A stretch of 64,000 bases of DNA, from NCBI GenBank assembly GCA_048937405.1, contig JBHLNF010000008.1:1-64000 (forward strand). Direction: 5' to 3'. This DNA comes from Promethearchaeota archaeon. Its GTDB lineage: Archaea; Asgardarchaeota; Lokiarchaeia; Sigyniarchaeales; SOKP01. This document shows, one piece after another, positions 50,022 to 60,268 of this stretch; positions within the stretch are counted from its first letter, which is position 1; each line of letters begins with the position of its first letter. Made by a program: the position numbers and the translations under genes. A model generated the notes under the pieces. That model did no database searches. It was given only the letters and a program-made list of their open reading frames with translations, and was not told where the DNA came from.

Positions 50022-52142
50022 TTACTTTGTTTTAAAATATTGAATTGGTTGATATATTGACATATTAATTTTACTATACAAATTAGAATCAGTAATTTCG
50101 GTTAACCATGAGTAGCTAGAATCAGGTTTTAAAGGTTTCCATCGAGTATTTACTAAAGCTGAACCTTTATTTAAACCATAAGATGGTATTAATATAGAAT
50201 CTAAATATATATTATCAAAATGAGTTAAATCATGTAAATTAATGAAATTGCTTTTTCCTTCGGATACATAAACTGCATAATAAGCATCGAACCCATTTAA
50301 TTCATTTAATGTTGTCCATTTAGTATTAACATAAATCCTTGGATCTCCCTTGTATTTAGGTTTTTCTTCATAAGAAAATTTAATCTTGTTTCTTACTTTT
50401 AAATAATTCTCTAAAAATTTATTATTAGATTGTAAAATACGGGACTTATGTCTGGTTTCGCCATTCGAATAATCTATTGTAAATTTATATTCACCATCTG
50501 CTAAAAAACCATTTCTGTCATAACCAAGGTACCATATCATTTGGTGATTGTAATTATCTATTATATATCCATTTCCATTTTTAATATCAAATAATTGATT
50601 TTTTAAATTAAATTCATAATCTTTTGGACCTTTAATTCTGATATTTTTTATTAAATTAGTACTTTTTTCTCCAAATAATCCAAAAAATCGAAGTTCAAAT
50701 TTTCCTTGCTTTTCTGGTAGATTATTTGAGTTTTTATTATTATCTAAGAAAAATTGACTTACGCTAATATCATTTATTGGAGGAACGGTTTCATCTACAG
50801 CCTTATCATTAAAAAATGATTCTTGAAATTCGTTGAAGCGATGTTTATATGCCAAACCAAAAAATCGAGGAATATTTTCAAGATTTTCAAAAAAATCAGG
50901 ATGAATTTTAATTCCAGCTTGATGAAATGCTTTTGTAATATTCTTTAATTTGATGGGACAGCCCTTAATGGGGATCATTTCATTTATATCTGGATTGTTT
51001 CTGTGCTTATTAACAATACATTGCCCAAGTAATATCGTTTTTTTCTTTCCTGGCGTGGGATCCATTCTTTTACCCATGATAACCTCAACATCATCCCAAG
51101 GTTCTCCTTGTGTATTATCCCATGCATATATAATAGATAGAGGAATTAAACCAGTTATAAGAGCACAATAAGTGCATGTTGTATTATCATATTGACGAAA
51201 TGAGATACCTTTTATACCTTGTTTGGCAAATGCAATTGGTTGTGAACCATCCTGAGTATATTCAAATTTGTATTCATGATACTTGCGAACGCTTTCAATA
51301 GTCTTCCCAACTATCTCAACATCTGAAAGATCTATAGGTCGATTATTTTCTTGAGCAAAATATGATAAGTATGGTACATCAGACGGATTATGTCCTAAAA
51401 CTGATGCACCAACTTTATCTGCTGAAAACATATCTGAAGAAGTAATTAAAATGTTACTTCTTCTCATTGTTCCATCAAAACCAGGACCTCGTTCGTTTGT
51501 AAAAATACCATCAATAATAGCAATAACAGGTGGTAATTTCTTAGGTAAATGGTATAAGTAAAAGTCCAAATCTTTAATAGGATCAGAATTATGGCATTCT
51601 TTTCTTGAGGGAACATCAATTAAGCCTTTTAAGTTTTTTAGGCTAAGGCTAACTTTTGCTTGACTATGTGTTTTAAGAACGGGTAATGAGATTATCAAGT
51701 CACTATTTAAAGCATCGGTATTAAATTTTAACTTAATATTATCACCTAAATCCAATTTTTCAAAAGGTCTTTCCATAATATTGATTACTTTAAGTCCATA
51801 TTTTTCTTTAAATCTATTATATCCTAAAGTTTCGAATGCATGTGGAGTTGTTTTAAAGTCTTTAGGATCCATATTAACAATTCCTTCTCCAATAGTTATA
51901 TCTTTAATTCCATGCTCTTTGAGTAAAATAATCGTATCTTCAACTATTCTTGATGTTGTTACAACACCATAAGGAGTATAATCGGGAATTGGAAACCAAT
52001 ATACTATATTTGGTTTTAAGAAAACTCTTTCATCTCCTTTAAGAGCATCAAATGCCCCAGATTGGGTTATAACTTTCCTTAAAGAATTAACTTTTTTTCT
52101 ATAACGCGTGATACCGACTCGATATGTTTCCATACCAATCAA
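50022..52142 (-). CDS. DUF362-domain Fe-S protein with an extra C-terminal domain of about 260 aa
   Basis: LKPN, PVLKTH, SLKNLKG, CTYC, GQC, GCP; paralogue of the convergent neighbour. Confidence 0.85.
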   Translation of the reverse strand: MIGMETYRVGITRYRKKVNSLRKVITQSGAFDALKGDERVFLKPNIVYWFPIPDYTPYGVVTTSRIVEDTIILLKEHGIKDITIGEGIVNMDPKDFKTTPHAFETLGYNRFKEKYGLKVINIMERPFEKLDLGDNIKLKFNTDALNSDLIISLPVLKTHSQAKVSLSLKNLKGLIDVPSRKECHNSDPIKDLDFYLYHLPKKLPPVIAIIDGIFTNERGPGFDGTMRRSNILITSSDMFSADKVGASVLGHNPSDVPYLSYFAQENNRPIDLSDVEIVGKTIESVRKYHEYKFEYTQDGSQPIAFAKQGIKGISFRQYDNTTCTYCALITGLIPLSIIYAWDNTQGEPWDDVEVIMGKRMDPTPGKKKTILLGQCIVNKHRNNPDINEMIPIKGCPIKLKNITKAFHQAGIKIHPDFFENLENIPRFFGLAYKHRFNEFQESFFNDKAVDETVPPINDISVSQFFLDNNKNSNNLPEKQGKFELRFFGLFGEKSTNLIKNIRIKGPKDYEFNLKNQLFDIKNGNGYIIDNYNHQMIWYLGYDRNGFLADGEYKFTIDYSNGETRHKSRILQSNNKFLENYLKVRNKIKFSYEEKPKYKGDPRIYVNTKWTTLNELNGFDAYYAVYVSEGKSNFINLHDLTHFDNIYLDSILIPSYGLNKGSALVNTRWKPLKPDSSYSWLTEITDSNLYSKINMSIYQPIQYFKTK

Positions 52143-52484
52143 TTTAATATTCCTAATTAAGACAATAAAAAGCTTTACTTCTAAATATATCTAAAATATC
52201 ATAAAAAATTAATGATTATATTGAAAGGCTTTATTTTTTCTTTGAGATAACAATTCCTTCTTTATTTGAATCATTAAAAAAATTTTTTTTACCTCTTGAT
52301 ATAAATCAATGCTATTTTTAACCCTCTTTAATAAACTATATCCTCTAAGCTTATTACGTACCTTTATATTATTGAAAATTTATTATGGAGATAGTTCTTC
52401 ACACCAAATCCGAATAAAGTCTTTTTTCGTAATATATCTTAAATAATATAATGAAATTATTAGAAAAATAATCGATTCTAGAAT

Positions 52485-53039
52485 TCACAAAAAACTAGAA
52501 ATGGTAAAATTAGCGTTGAAGTTAATAGGTCCAATTGTTATTATACCGTAATTTACAATTGAGTAAGTTAAAAATTTAAAATTTCGTCCACAAACCCATG
52601 GATATAGTATATATACATTATTGTGAGCAGGCCAATCTAACAAAATATGAAAAATTCCCCCAATCAAAGCAGAATAACAAATAATTATTAAAGAATTTTT
52701 ATTAAATTGCTTATATTTAAGAAATTTCCATTGATCAATACCAAAATATCTAAAAGGTTCAAAAATTTTGCTTTTGTTAGATAGTATTTTTGCTAGTAAT
52801 GGACCAAGATATCTTGAGAAAATAAAGGTTGCTAAAATGGTTAATAGAGCAGTCCATAAAAGCTGACCGATTAGACTATGTGTAAATGCATAGAAATTAA
52901 TTGGAAAGAAAAAATCAAAAATAAAATTCAAGTCAGGGATAAAAGTACCAAAACATAAAGCTGTTCCATCAAATCTCTTTGGAAATTTAGTTTTTAAAGC
53001 CAACGCTGGAGCTTGATGGGAAAGAATCGTGAGGGGCAT
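52485..53039 (-). CDS. DUF4184-family membrane protein, probably truncated by a premature TGA
   Basis: MPLTILSH, GTFIPD, THS, HILLD; the frame continues 33 codons past the TGA to a TAA at 52383. Confidence 0.75.
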   Translation of the reverse strand: MPLTILSHQAPALALKTKFPKRFDGTALCFGTFIPDLNFIFDFFFPINFYAFTHSLIGQLLWTALLTILATFIFSRYLGPLLAKILSNKSKIFEPFRYFGIDQWKFLKYKQFNKNSLIIICYSALIGGIFHILLDWPAHNNVYILYPWVCGRNFKFLTYSIVNYGIITIGPINFNANFTISSFL

Positions 53040-53214
53040 ATTGAGTATATTTAATTTATGGCTCTTCTAATTTTTTAGTTTTTTTATGTAAATCAAAATC
53101 TTAAAATCTGTAAATTTTCAACTATTTTCAACTATTTATTTTAGGGATTTCAAATCTATGAAAAGAGATTTAAATGTTTATATAACTTATTATAAATCAC
53201 CAATTATAAAGTAA

Positions 53215-53700
53215 ATGAAATGGATGAAAATTATGGGAAAAAAAGTTCAAAAAGAAGCAATGCAATTAGGGTTAACTAATCTCCCAAAATATACTTTTTA
53301 TACACAACCTAAAAAAGTTAAAGCGAAAGCTTCAAAGGTAAAACCAGATATTGCTTATTCAATAGAAAATTGGATGACTAGTATTGATCCTTCCATCAAA
53401 ATGAGTGAAACTGGTGGCAGAACTAGTGGATATTATTATCTATCACCTGGAGCAAATATTTACATTGAAGTAATGAGTAAAATGTTTGCTAAATCACGAT
53501 TTACTATGTACAACGCGGATAAACAAGTCACCAAATTCGATATCTATACTAATAATGAAGATTACGTAAGAACGATTGCCAAAGATATTAATTCTATATG
53601 GGATGATGGAATGATACCTCATCTTAACTATGAAAAACTTCAAAAAAAGTTTAAAGTTGGAAAAGAAGAAATCATGACCTCTTGGAATACTTATCTTTAA
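53215..53700 (+). CDS. Hypothetical protein
   Basis: 161-aa ORF with protein-like composition, followed by a T-run. Confidence 0.7.
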   Translation: MKWMKIMGKKVQKEAMQLGLTNLPKYTFYTQPKKVKAKASKVKPDIAYSIENWMTSIDPSIKMSETGGRTSGYYYLSPGANIYIEVMSKMFAKSRFTMYNADKQVTKFDIYTNNEDYVRTIAKDINSIWDDGMIPHLNYEKLQKKFKVGKEEIMTSWNTYL

Positions 53701-53984
53701 ATTAATTCTTTTTTTTTTATATTTTCTTGTTCATTTAAAAACGATTATTGACAACTCCTTAATGATTTTATTTAAGAATAGGCGAGATCGTTGCTCGTAT
53801 AACATCCCTTGTTATCGATATATTCTTGAACTTTATTCTTATATTCTGTTTAAATTATCGATTATTTATAATAGGGATTATTATATCTAAATCTTCTATT
53901 CACACAAATTCAAGTTGTAATATTGAAATTTATATATATAAGAATAAATAAAATAATGTAATTTATTTGAAAGCGTATAAATAA

Positions 53985-54890
53985 TTATTTATTTTCATAA
54001 TGTGGAGATCCTGCTTTCATAAATCGATCTAAATGACGCATTGATGCTATCAATTTTCCTGTCTCTTTTTCTTCTAATGTCGAATCAAGCCAAAAATATT
54101 CAGTTTTCTTGGAGACTCCAATACAAGTATATTTCCCTTTAGCAATATAAGGAACACCAATAAGTGCTGGACCGTTTATATACCTCAGTTCAGTCGCACC
54201 AAAGAATGGAACTGCATTAAAGTCCTCAGTACTTGTTTTCTCATAACCTAATGCCATTGCCTCAAATAATACAGTAGGATAAAAAATTGTATTTTCCCAT
54301 GGAGATTTTTCTTTATCTTTATAATAATCTAATTGATCCTTGATTCTTTTTAATCCAATATTAGCTTCTTCTTGTGTGAGTAATATCTCTCTAGAGGGAA
54401 GCTCATCTCCTACTCTAAGTCCAGCTAAAATACGGAATTCCTCAGGATTACTATTTTTCAATTCTAATCCTTGTAAATATGATGGTTCTTTAGGTGAACC
54501 TATTGATACAGTACCAGTCATTATTTGTTGCCCGGATTTCATTTCTGCCCATGCCTTAACTTGTATATCATTCATTGCTAATGGTAGCATATCTTCAGTT
54601 GTTCCTGGAGGTAATTCTATGATTGCTCTTACTTCCTCTTTATCGATTGTAGCAAACGTGTAATACATACTAACAGTACCTTGCTCAAACCAACGATTAC
54701 CAAATATTTTTAAGCCCAAGGGTGCGAACATACTTAAATGTATGGTTCCCTGTATCGTTCCACCACGCATACCGACACTTTGAGCTACATCATCATCATG
54801 TATTGATGTAGTAGCTTCTCTTATTAGATTTTCTGGTGCTCGCCAACCTCCAATAACCTTTCCATCCTTAATTTCAATATCATCAACCAT
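53985..54890 (-). CDS. Double hot-dog fold (MaoC-like dehydratase) protein
   Basis: SIHDDDVAQSVGMRGGTIQG MaoC-like motif; second-half FGATELRYINGP. Confidence 0.7.
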   Translation of the reverse strand: MVDDIEIKDGKVIGGWRAPENLIREATTSIHDDDVAQSVGMRGGTIQGTIHLSMFAPLGLKIFGNRWFEQGTVSMYYTFATIDKEEVRAIIELPPGTTEDMLPLAMNDIQVKAWAEMKSGQQIMTGTVSIGSPKEPSYLQGLELKNSNPEEFRILAGLRVGDELPSREILLTQEEANIGLKRIKDQLDYYKDKEKSPWENTIFYPTVLFEAMALGYEKTSTEDFNAVPFFGATELRYINGPALIGVPYIAKGKYTCIGVSKKTEYFWLDSTLEEKETGKLIASMRHLDRFMKAGSPHYENK

Positions 54891-55124
54891 AGTTCCTACC
54901 TAATTTTATAATGATTTATTTAGATTAATTTAATTTTTTCTAAAAATTAACATATCAATATTGTATATAAATCTTAAAAAAACTAATCAATTTGGTTTTA
55001 TCTTAATAAATTAGTATTTAAGTGAAATTATTTCTATCCATGATAGAATGAATATAAATTTTTTAGCAATACATTTTTTATATTTTCTCTCTTGGTTTAT
55101 AGTATTTCTATTAAGATCTGAAGA

Positions 55125-56384
55125 TCATTCGATTTCAGTTTGAAGACTTTCTGATTCAATTTTATCTTTTATCTCAAATTTTGGTTTGTTGAATGCTTTT
55201 CTCCAAAAAAGAAATATTAATATCAATATTATACTAGATGTTAATGGTAAAATACCAGAGGGGAGATATGTAATAATCAAACCTCCAAGAATTGGACAAA
55301 ATATTTGTCCTATGCTAGTTAGAGAATTATTCACTCCAAAGATGCTTCCTGTTTCTTCCCTTTTAACAGTTTTGGTTAATTTACTTGACAAAATAGGGCG
55401 ACCTACCCCAGTTCCATAAGACAAGAAGAATAATGGGATAAAAATGATAATAACATTTGATGTAAATGCTAAAATAATCATTGAAAAAATCAAACTAATA
55501 AACCCAGAAAATAAAAGAGCGTTTTCGCTAATTTTTTTTAATAAGGGGTCTATTAAAAGACTTTGAAATAATACTCGTGTAATTCCAATCCATGCCATAT
55601 AGATTCCTACCTCTTGTGCGGAGATAGCTAATCGCGCTTGAGCAAATAAACTAAACGTTGATATAAAGATAAAAAATCCGAAATTATAGATGAAAAATAT
55701 CAATAAAAGACTTCGAATGATTGAAGATTTGAAGAACCGTCTTGCTTCCTTTATTGGAATAACATCCTCAAATCTTAAACTAAATCTATCTTTTTTTTCA
55801 GTTAAAGATTCTGGTAAAAAGATAATAACTAAAATAATTGAAAGTAAACTGATACCAGCAGCTAGGAACATAGGCGTAGAATAACTTATAACTGAAAGTG
55901 TTCCACCAATAAATGGACCAAATGTTAAAGCTAATCCAAAAACAGCACTTGAATATCCAAATACTCTAGTCCTATTTTGAGGACTTGAAATATCGCTCAA
56001 ATAAGCTTGACTTACTGTCATATTACTTCCTAATAATCCATCAACTAATCGAGCAGCTATGAGTATCCAAACATTTGTAGCCATACCAAGAAGTAAAAAA
56101 CCTATAAGTGTACTAATTTGACTAAATATCAAAATTGGTTTCCTACCAAACCGATCGCTTAATTTACCTGTAATAGGACTGGCAAAAAGTTGACATAAGC
56201 TAAAAATAGCGGCAATTAATCCTATTTGGAATGGATTCAATCCAAGAGAAAGCCCTAAAAATGGAAGAAGAGGCATTAGAATACTGTAACCTAAAATTTC
56301 AGTAAACATTATTATGAAAATTATAAGGATTTTTTTTCTCAAATTATTCCTATTTGTATTTTCAGATATCATTAATCCTTCCAT
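55125..56384 (-). CDS. MFS transporter (TetA/DHA1-like)
   Basis: Motif A GKLSDRFGRKP, ARLVDG, GPFIGG, 12 TM helices. Confidence 0.92.
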   Translation of the reverse strand: MEGLMISENTNRNNLRKKILIIFIIMFTEILGYSILMPLLPFLGLSLGLNPFQIGLIAAIFSLCQLFASPITGKLSDRFGRKPILIFSQISTLIGFLLLGMATNVWILIAARLVDGLLGSNMTVSQAYLSDISSPQNRTRVFGYSSAVFGLALTFGPFIGGTLSVISYSTPMFLAAGISLLSIILVIIFLPESLTEKKDRFSLRFEDVIPIKEARRFFKSSIIRSLLLIFFIYNFGFFIFISTFSLFAQARLAISAQEVGIYMAWIGITRVLFQSLLIDPLLKKISENALLFSGFISLIFSMIILAFTSNVIIIFIPLFFLSYGTGVGRPILSSKLTKTVKREETGSIFGVNNSLTSIGQIFCPILGGLIITYLPSGILPLTSSIILILIFLFWRKAFNKPKFEIKDKIESESLQTEIE

Positions 56385-56386
56385 TA

Positions 56387-56415
56387 AATGCTTTATTTTT
56401 TGATCTTAAAGCATT
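56387..56415. promoter_or_regulatory. 9-bp inverted repeat upstream of the MFS gene, candidate operator
   Basis: AATGCTTTA-N11-TAAAGCATT. Confidence 0.35.
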
Positions 56416-56507
56416 AAAGACATAATAAGTTTTCAGATTATAGAATATTCAGAATTATAGGGGAAATTTTATTTTTATAAGACAAAATAATCTATTGGAA
56501 AGTATAA

Positions 56508-57278
56508 TTATTTAAATCCCTGACAAAAGCAATCTACATTTTTAGGTAATACACTATGATTATATCCTCCTTCAAGCAATGCATATCGTCTTCCCTTACA
56601 TAACTTTTCAGAATAATTTTTCATAAGATTGCCTAATTCATAATAATCTTCAGGGTATAATAAATTACCCCAATCATCAATTCCTTGATCGAATCCTGCG
56701 CTAGCAACAAAAATATCAATATCATGCAATTTATTCATATAGCTTTCTACTTCTTTAATATAATTAATATGACCACTTGAACTTGGATTAAGAATTTTGA
56801 CTTTAAAATCATCATCTCTATTTGTAAGGATATTGATATTTCCATCTCCTGTATGAAGATCAAAGTCTAAGATAAAGGCAGATTTTATCTTCGATTCAGA
56901 ATATAATTTTAAAAGGCTTATACTGATATTATTAAAAAAGCAGAATCCCCAACAAGAGTCTGCTGAAGCATGATGCCCTGGTGGTCGAATGACGGCAAAT
57001 GTTGGATTGTCATTGTATCCTTCTTGTGCAGCTAATATTGCTCCGCCTGCAGCTAGTGAAGCTAAATCAAATAATAATGGGTTTCTTTTAATGGAATTAA
57101 AGTGCCGTTCAGTGTGGGCTCTAAGGATATCATCTTTTAACGATGATTCTGGTGTTATAAATTCATATTCTGTGTTTTCTTTCAACAATTCTATTATTCC
57201 TTCAAGGCGTCCAGGTGACGCAGCGGGATCCATCGCATAATTCGAATTAAAATATTTTTCATGAAATACGATTTTCAT
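56508..57278 (-). CDS. Histone deacetylase family (Zn-dependent amidohydrolase)
   Basis: RPPGHHA, GFCFFNN, DFDLHTGDG, SAGFD, LEGGY. Confidence 0.93.
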   Translation of the reverse strand: MKIVFHEKYFNSNYAMDPAASPGRLEGIIELLKENTEYEFITPESSLKDDILRAHTERHFNSIKRNPLLFDLASLAAGGAILAAQEGYNDNPTFAVIRPPGHHASADSCWGFCFFNNISISLLKLYSESKIKSAFILDFDLHTGDGNINILTNRDDDFKVKILNPSSSGHINYIKEVESYMNKLHDIDIFVASAGFDQGIDDWGNLLYPEDYYELGNLMKNYSEKLCKGRRYALLEGGYNHSVLPKNVDCFCQGFK

Positions 57279-57360
57279 TTTTAAACAACAATAATTTTTA
57301 AATATGTATATAATTCAACTATGTAGTTAATCTAAATATTTTTAATTAATTTTTTCAGAG

Positions 57361-59094
57361 GTGTATATTATAAAAGATTATTCAGATTGGGAACCTATAC
57401 TTGATTATGAAAATGAATCACCTTATATAGAGAGTCAAAAGAGACCATGGCTTAAAATTCGAACACCTACCTTACCAAAATCGGTAAAATTCGATTCTAT
57501 TCCTGTGCATGAGTTTGTAAAGGCAAGATGGCCCAAATATCTTAACAATGTCTGTGTTTTTCATAAAGCATCTAATAAAAAATATACCTATCGTGAGGTT
57601 ATGAAATATTCGGATCAGATCGCAAATGCTTTATATGAATTAGGTATTAGGAAAAAGGATGCTGTTGGTATAATGTCAGGAAACTGCCCTGAAGTTTTGT
57701 TTTGTATGTTAGGAATCTTAGAAACTGGTGCTACTATCGTACCGATCAATCCACTACTCAAAGAACCAGAGGTTACTCACATTGTAAGAGATGCAGGGCA
57801 TATCAAAACAATCTTTGTCCATAAAGCAAATTATCGCACCATTAAAAGAGTACGAAAACAAGTTGAAATTGAAAATGTGTTTTTACTAGGCGCTGAAGAG
57901 GCTAGAGATGATGTAATTACACTTGAAGAATTTTTACTAGATAAAAGGGCTAAAGCCCCAGAAATGGATATCGATCCTATGAGTGATATTGCAGCTCTAC
58001 TATTTACGGGAGGTACGACTGGCTTACCTAAAGGTGTGATGTTAACACATCATAATTTAGTTTCAAACATAGTACAAATAATTTATTCTACCTTAGGAGA
58101 TAGGACTCTTGAAGAATTCGAAGAGCAAATAGGAACATTCGTGAGTTTATCTGTCTTACCATTATGTCATAGTTTTGGATTTACCGGAGCACTTGTTTAT
58201 ATGACTGGTGCACATATGCTAGTTATGTTTCCTTCCTTTGATCCTATTGAGATTTTAAAAGCTATTGAATTTTATAGACCTCACCTGTTTGTAGGTGTAC
58301 CCGTAATGTTTCAAATGTTAATTAATTGTCCTGATTTTACTGAGCGAGATCTATCAAGTTTAGAAAGTGCAACCTCTGGTTCCGCACCACTAGCTCCTGA
58401 ACTAGCAAGAAAGTGGGAACAAGTTGTTGGTACAAAAGTTTATCAAGGGTATGGCCTTACTGAAACTTCACCAGGAACACATGGAGCAGGAAGATGGATG
58501 CAGGATATATTACCTGAAAGTATTGGAGTGCCTATTCTAGACACAGACGCTAAAATCATAAATCCTGACACATTAGAGGAGTTAGGTACTAATGAGATAG
58601 GTGAATTATTAATTAAAGGACCTCAGGTAATGAAAGGATATTGGAAAAAACCAAAAGCTACTGCTGCTGCTTTTTTAAATGATTGGTTAAGAACAGGTGA
58701 TTTAGCAAGAATGGATGAAAATGGGTATTTCTACATAGAGGGACGTACTAAAGATATGATAAAATACAAAGGTTATAAGGTAATGCCAAGGGAAGTAGAA
58801 GAAAAGTTAATGGAACATCCCGCTATTTTAGAGACAGGTGTTATTGGTGTACCGGACCCTAATATTGGGGAAACTATAAAAGCTTTTGTCGTTCTCAAAC
58901 AAGAATATAAAGATAAGGGAATTACTGAGCGAGATATCATTGAGTGGGGAAAAGAAAAGATAGCAGCGTATAAATACCCCCGACAAGTAGAATTCTTAAA
59001 AAATCTGCCGAGGACCGCAATAGGGAAAGTTTTTCGTAGAAAACTTAGGGAAATGGAATTAGAAAAACAAGAGAAACCTATAGCTCCCTTATAA
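57361..59094 (+). CDS. Long-chain fatty-acid--CoA ligase (FadD-like)
   Basis: FTGGTTGLPKG, QGYGLTETSP, WLRTGD, LPRTAIGK. Confidence 0.92.
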   Translation: MYIIKDYSDWEPILDYENESPYIESQKRPWLKIRTPTLPKSVKFDSIPVHEFVKARWPKYLNNVCVFHKASNKKYTYREVMKYSDQIANALYELGIRKKDAVGIMSGNCPEVLFCMLGILETGATIVPINPLLKEPEVTHIVRDAGHIKTIFVHKANYRTIKRVRKQVEIENVFLLGAEEARDDVITLEEFLLDKRAKAPEMDIDPMSDIAALLFTGGTTGLPKGVMLTHHNLVSNIVQIIYSTLGDRTLEEFEEQIGTFVSLSVLPLCHSFGFTGALVYMTGAHMLVMFPSFDPIEILKAIEFYRPHLFVGVPVMFQMLINCPDFTERDLSSLESATSGSAPLAPELARKWEQVVGTKVYQGYGLTETSPGTHGAGRWMQDILPESIGVPILDTDAKIINPDTLEELGTNEIGELLIKGPQVMKGYWKKPKATAAAFLNDWLRTGDLARMDENGYFYIEGRTKDMIKYKGYKVMPREVEEKLMEHPAILETGVIGVPDPNIGETIKAFVVLKQEYKDKGITERDIIEWGKEKIAAYKYPRQVEFLKNLPRTAIGKVFRRKLREMELEKQEKPIAPL

Positions 59095-59133
59095 TGGAAA
59101 TTTAAGTAAATACTCAAAATTCTTTCTTGTTTT

Positions 59134-60084
59134 TTATTTTTTAAACCTTGGAGAAAGGATATGTATCATATCTTTTGTCATTGATGATAAATCATATTGA
59201 GGATCCCAATCCCATTCTTCCCGAGCAAGTAAATCATCAATCGACATTGGCCAAGAATCGGCAATATTTTGCCTAAAGTCAGGTTTATAATCTATTTGAA
59301 ATTCAGGAATATGATTCTTTATTTCTGTTGCGATTTCTCCAGCAGAAAAACTCATACCTGTAACATTATACACTCTACGTTTTAATTTAGAGTTATCTGC
59401 TTCTAATAGATCTGTCATACATTTAAGGCAGTCGGGCATATACATCATAGGTAGAACCGTTTCTTCTTTAAGAAAGCAAGTGTATTCCTTTTTTTTAATT
59501 GCTTCATAGAAGATCTCAACAGCATAATCTGTCGTACCTCCTCCAGGAAGTGTTTCACTACTTATTATTCCTGGAAGTCTTATCGAACGAATATCTAAAT
59601 CAAATTTTTTATAATAATATTCTACTAAAAGTTCACCTGAAACCTTTGTGATTCCATACATTGTAGTAGGTTGCAATATAGTAGTATTTGGTGTATTATC
59701 TCTAGGAGTAGTAGGTCCAAAAGCTGCAATCGAGCTTGGCCAAATTACATTCTTTATATTATATTTTCTACTCATTTCAAGAACATTAATTAATCCATTC
59801 ATATTTATGTTCCAAGCAGTTTGAGGCATCTTTTCTCCTGTTGCTGAGAGAATCGAAGCCAGATGATATACTGTATCAACTTTATATTCATTAAATATAT
59901 TTGAGATTACATTATTGTCTATAACATCCAAATAAACCACTGGACCGGACTTTTTAATCGAATCTTGAAGTGGTGTTTTTCTATAAGTAGCAATTACATT
60001 ATCATTACCATATTTATTTCTTAAGAATGGAACTAATTCACTCCCTATTTGCCCTGCAGCACCTATTACAAGGATTTTTCGCAT
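59134..60084 (-). CDS. tdh: L-threonine 3-dehydrogenase, SDR/epimerase type
   Basis: GAAGQIG, HLASILSATGE, PSSIAAFG, YGITK, PGGGTTDYA, RQNIADSWP; divergent from kbl. Confidence 0.88.
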   Translation of the reverse strand: MRKILVIGAAGQIGSELVPFLRNKYGNDNVIATYRKTPLQDSIKKSGPVVYLDVIDNNVISNIFNEYKVDTVYHLASILSATGEKMPQTAWNINMNGLINVLEMSRKYNIKNVIWPSSIAAFGPTTPRDNTPNTTILQPTTMYGITKVSGELLVEYYYKKFDLDIRSIRLPGIISSETLPGGGTTDYAVEIFYEAIKKKEYTCFLKEETVLPMMYMPDCLKCMTDLLEADNSKLKRRVYNVTGMSFSAGEIATEIKNHIPEFQIDYKPDFRQNIADSWPMSIDDLLAREEWDWDPQYDLSSMTKDMIHILSPRFKK

Positions 60085-60268
60085 TTTTATCAGACTTTAG
60101 ATTGAATAGTTAATAGTATAATTCATAATTTACTCAATAAAAAAAGGTTTATTTATAATAATCCCGCATTGTTCCCTCAAGATAATAGAAGTAAAACTCA
60201 AATACTTTTCAGAATTCACATAAATTAAGAATTTACTGACTTTTTGAAAAAAAAATAAAGGTGAAATT

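Noticed and set aside
53114-53137. Short tandem repeat TTTTCAACTA x2
   Set aside because: Two copies in AT-rich DNA is compatible with chance or slippage
53760-53860. Short minus-strand frame (EYKNKVQEYIDNKGCYTSNDLAYS) between convergent genes
   Set aside because: Too short, with no clear start; cannot be supported without a homology search
28473-57278. SET x2, GNAT x2, HDAC and TFB x2 as one chromatin-modification system
   Set aside because: Scattered over about 29 kb among unrelated genes; all are common prokaryotic families and no histone gene is in the window
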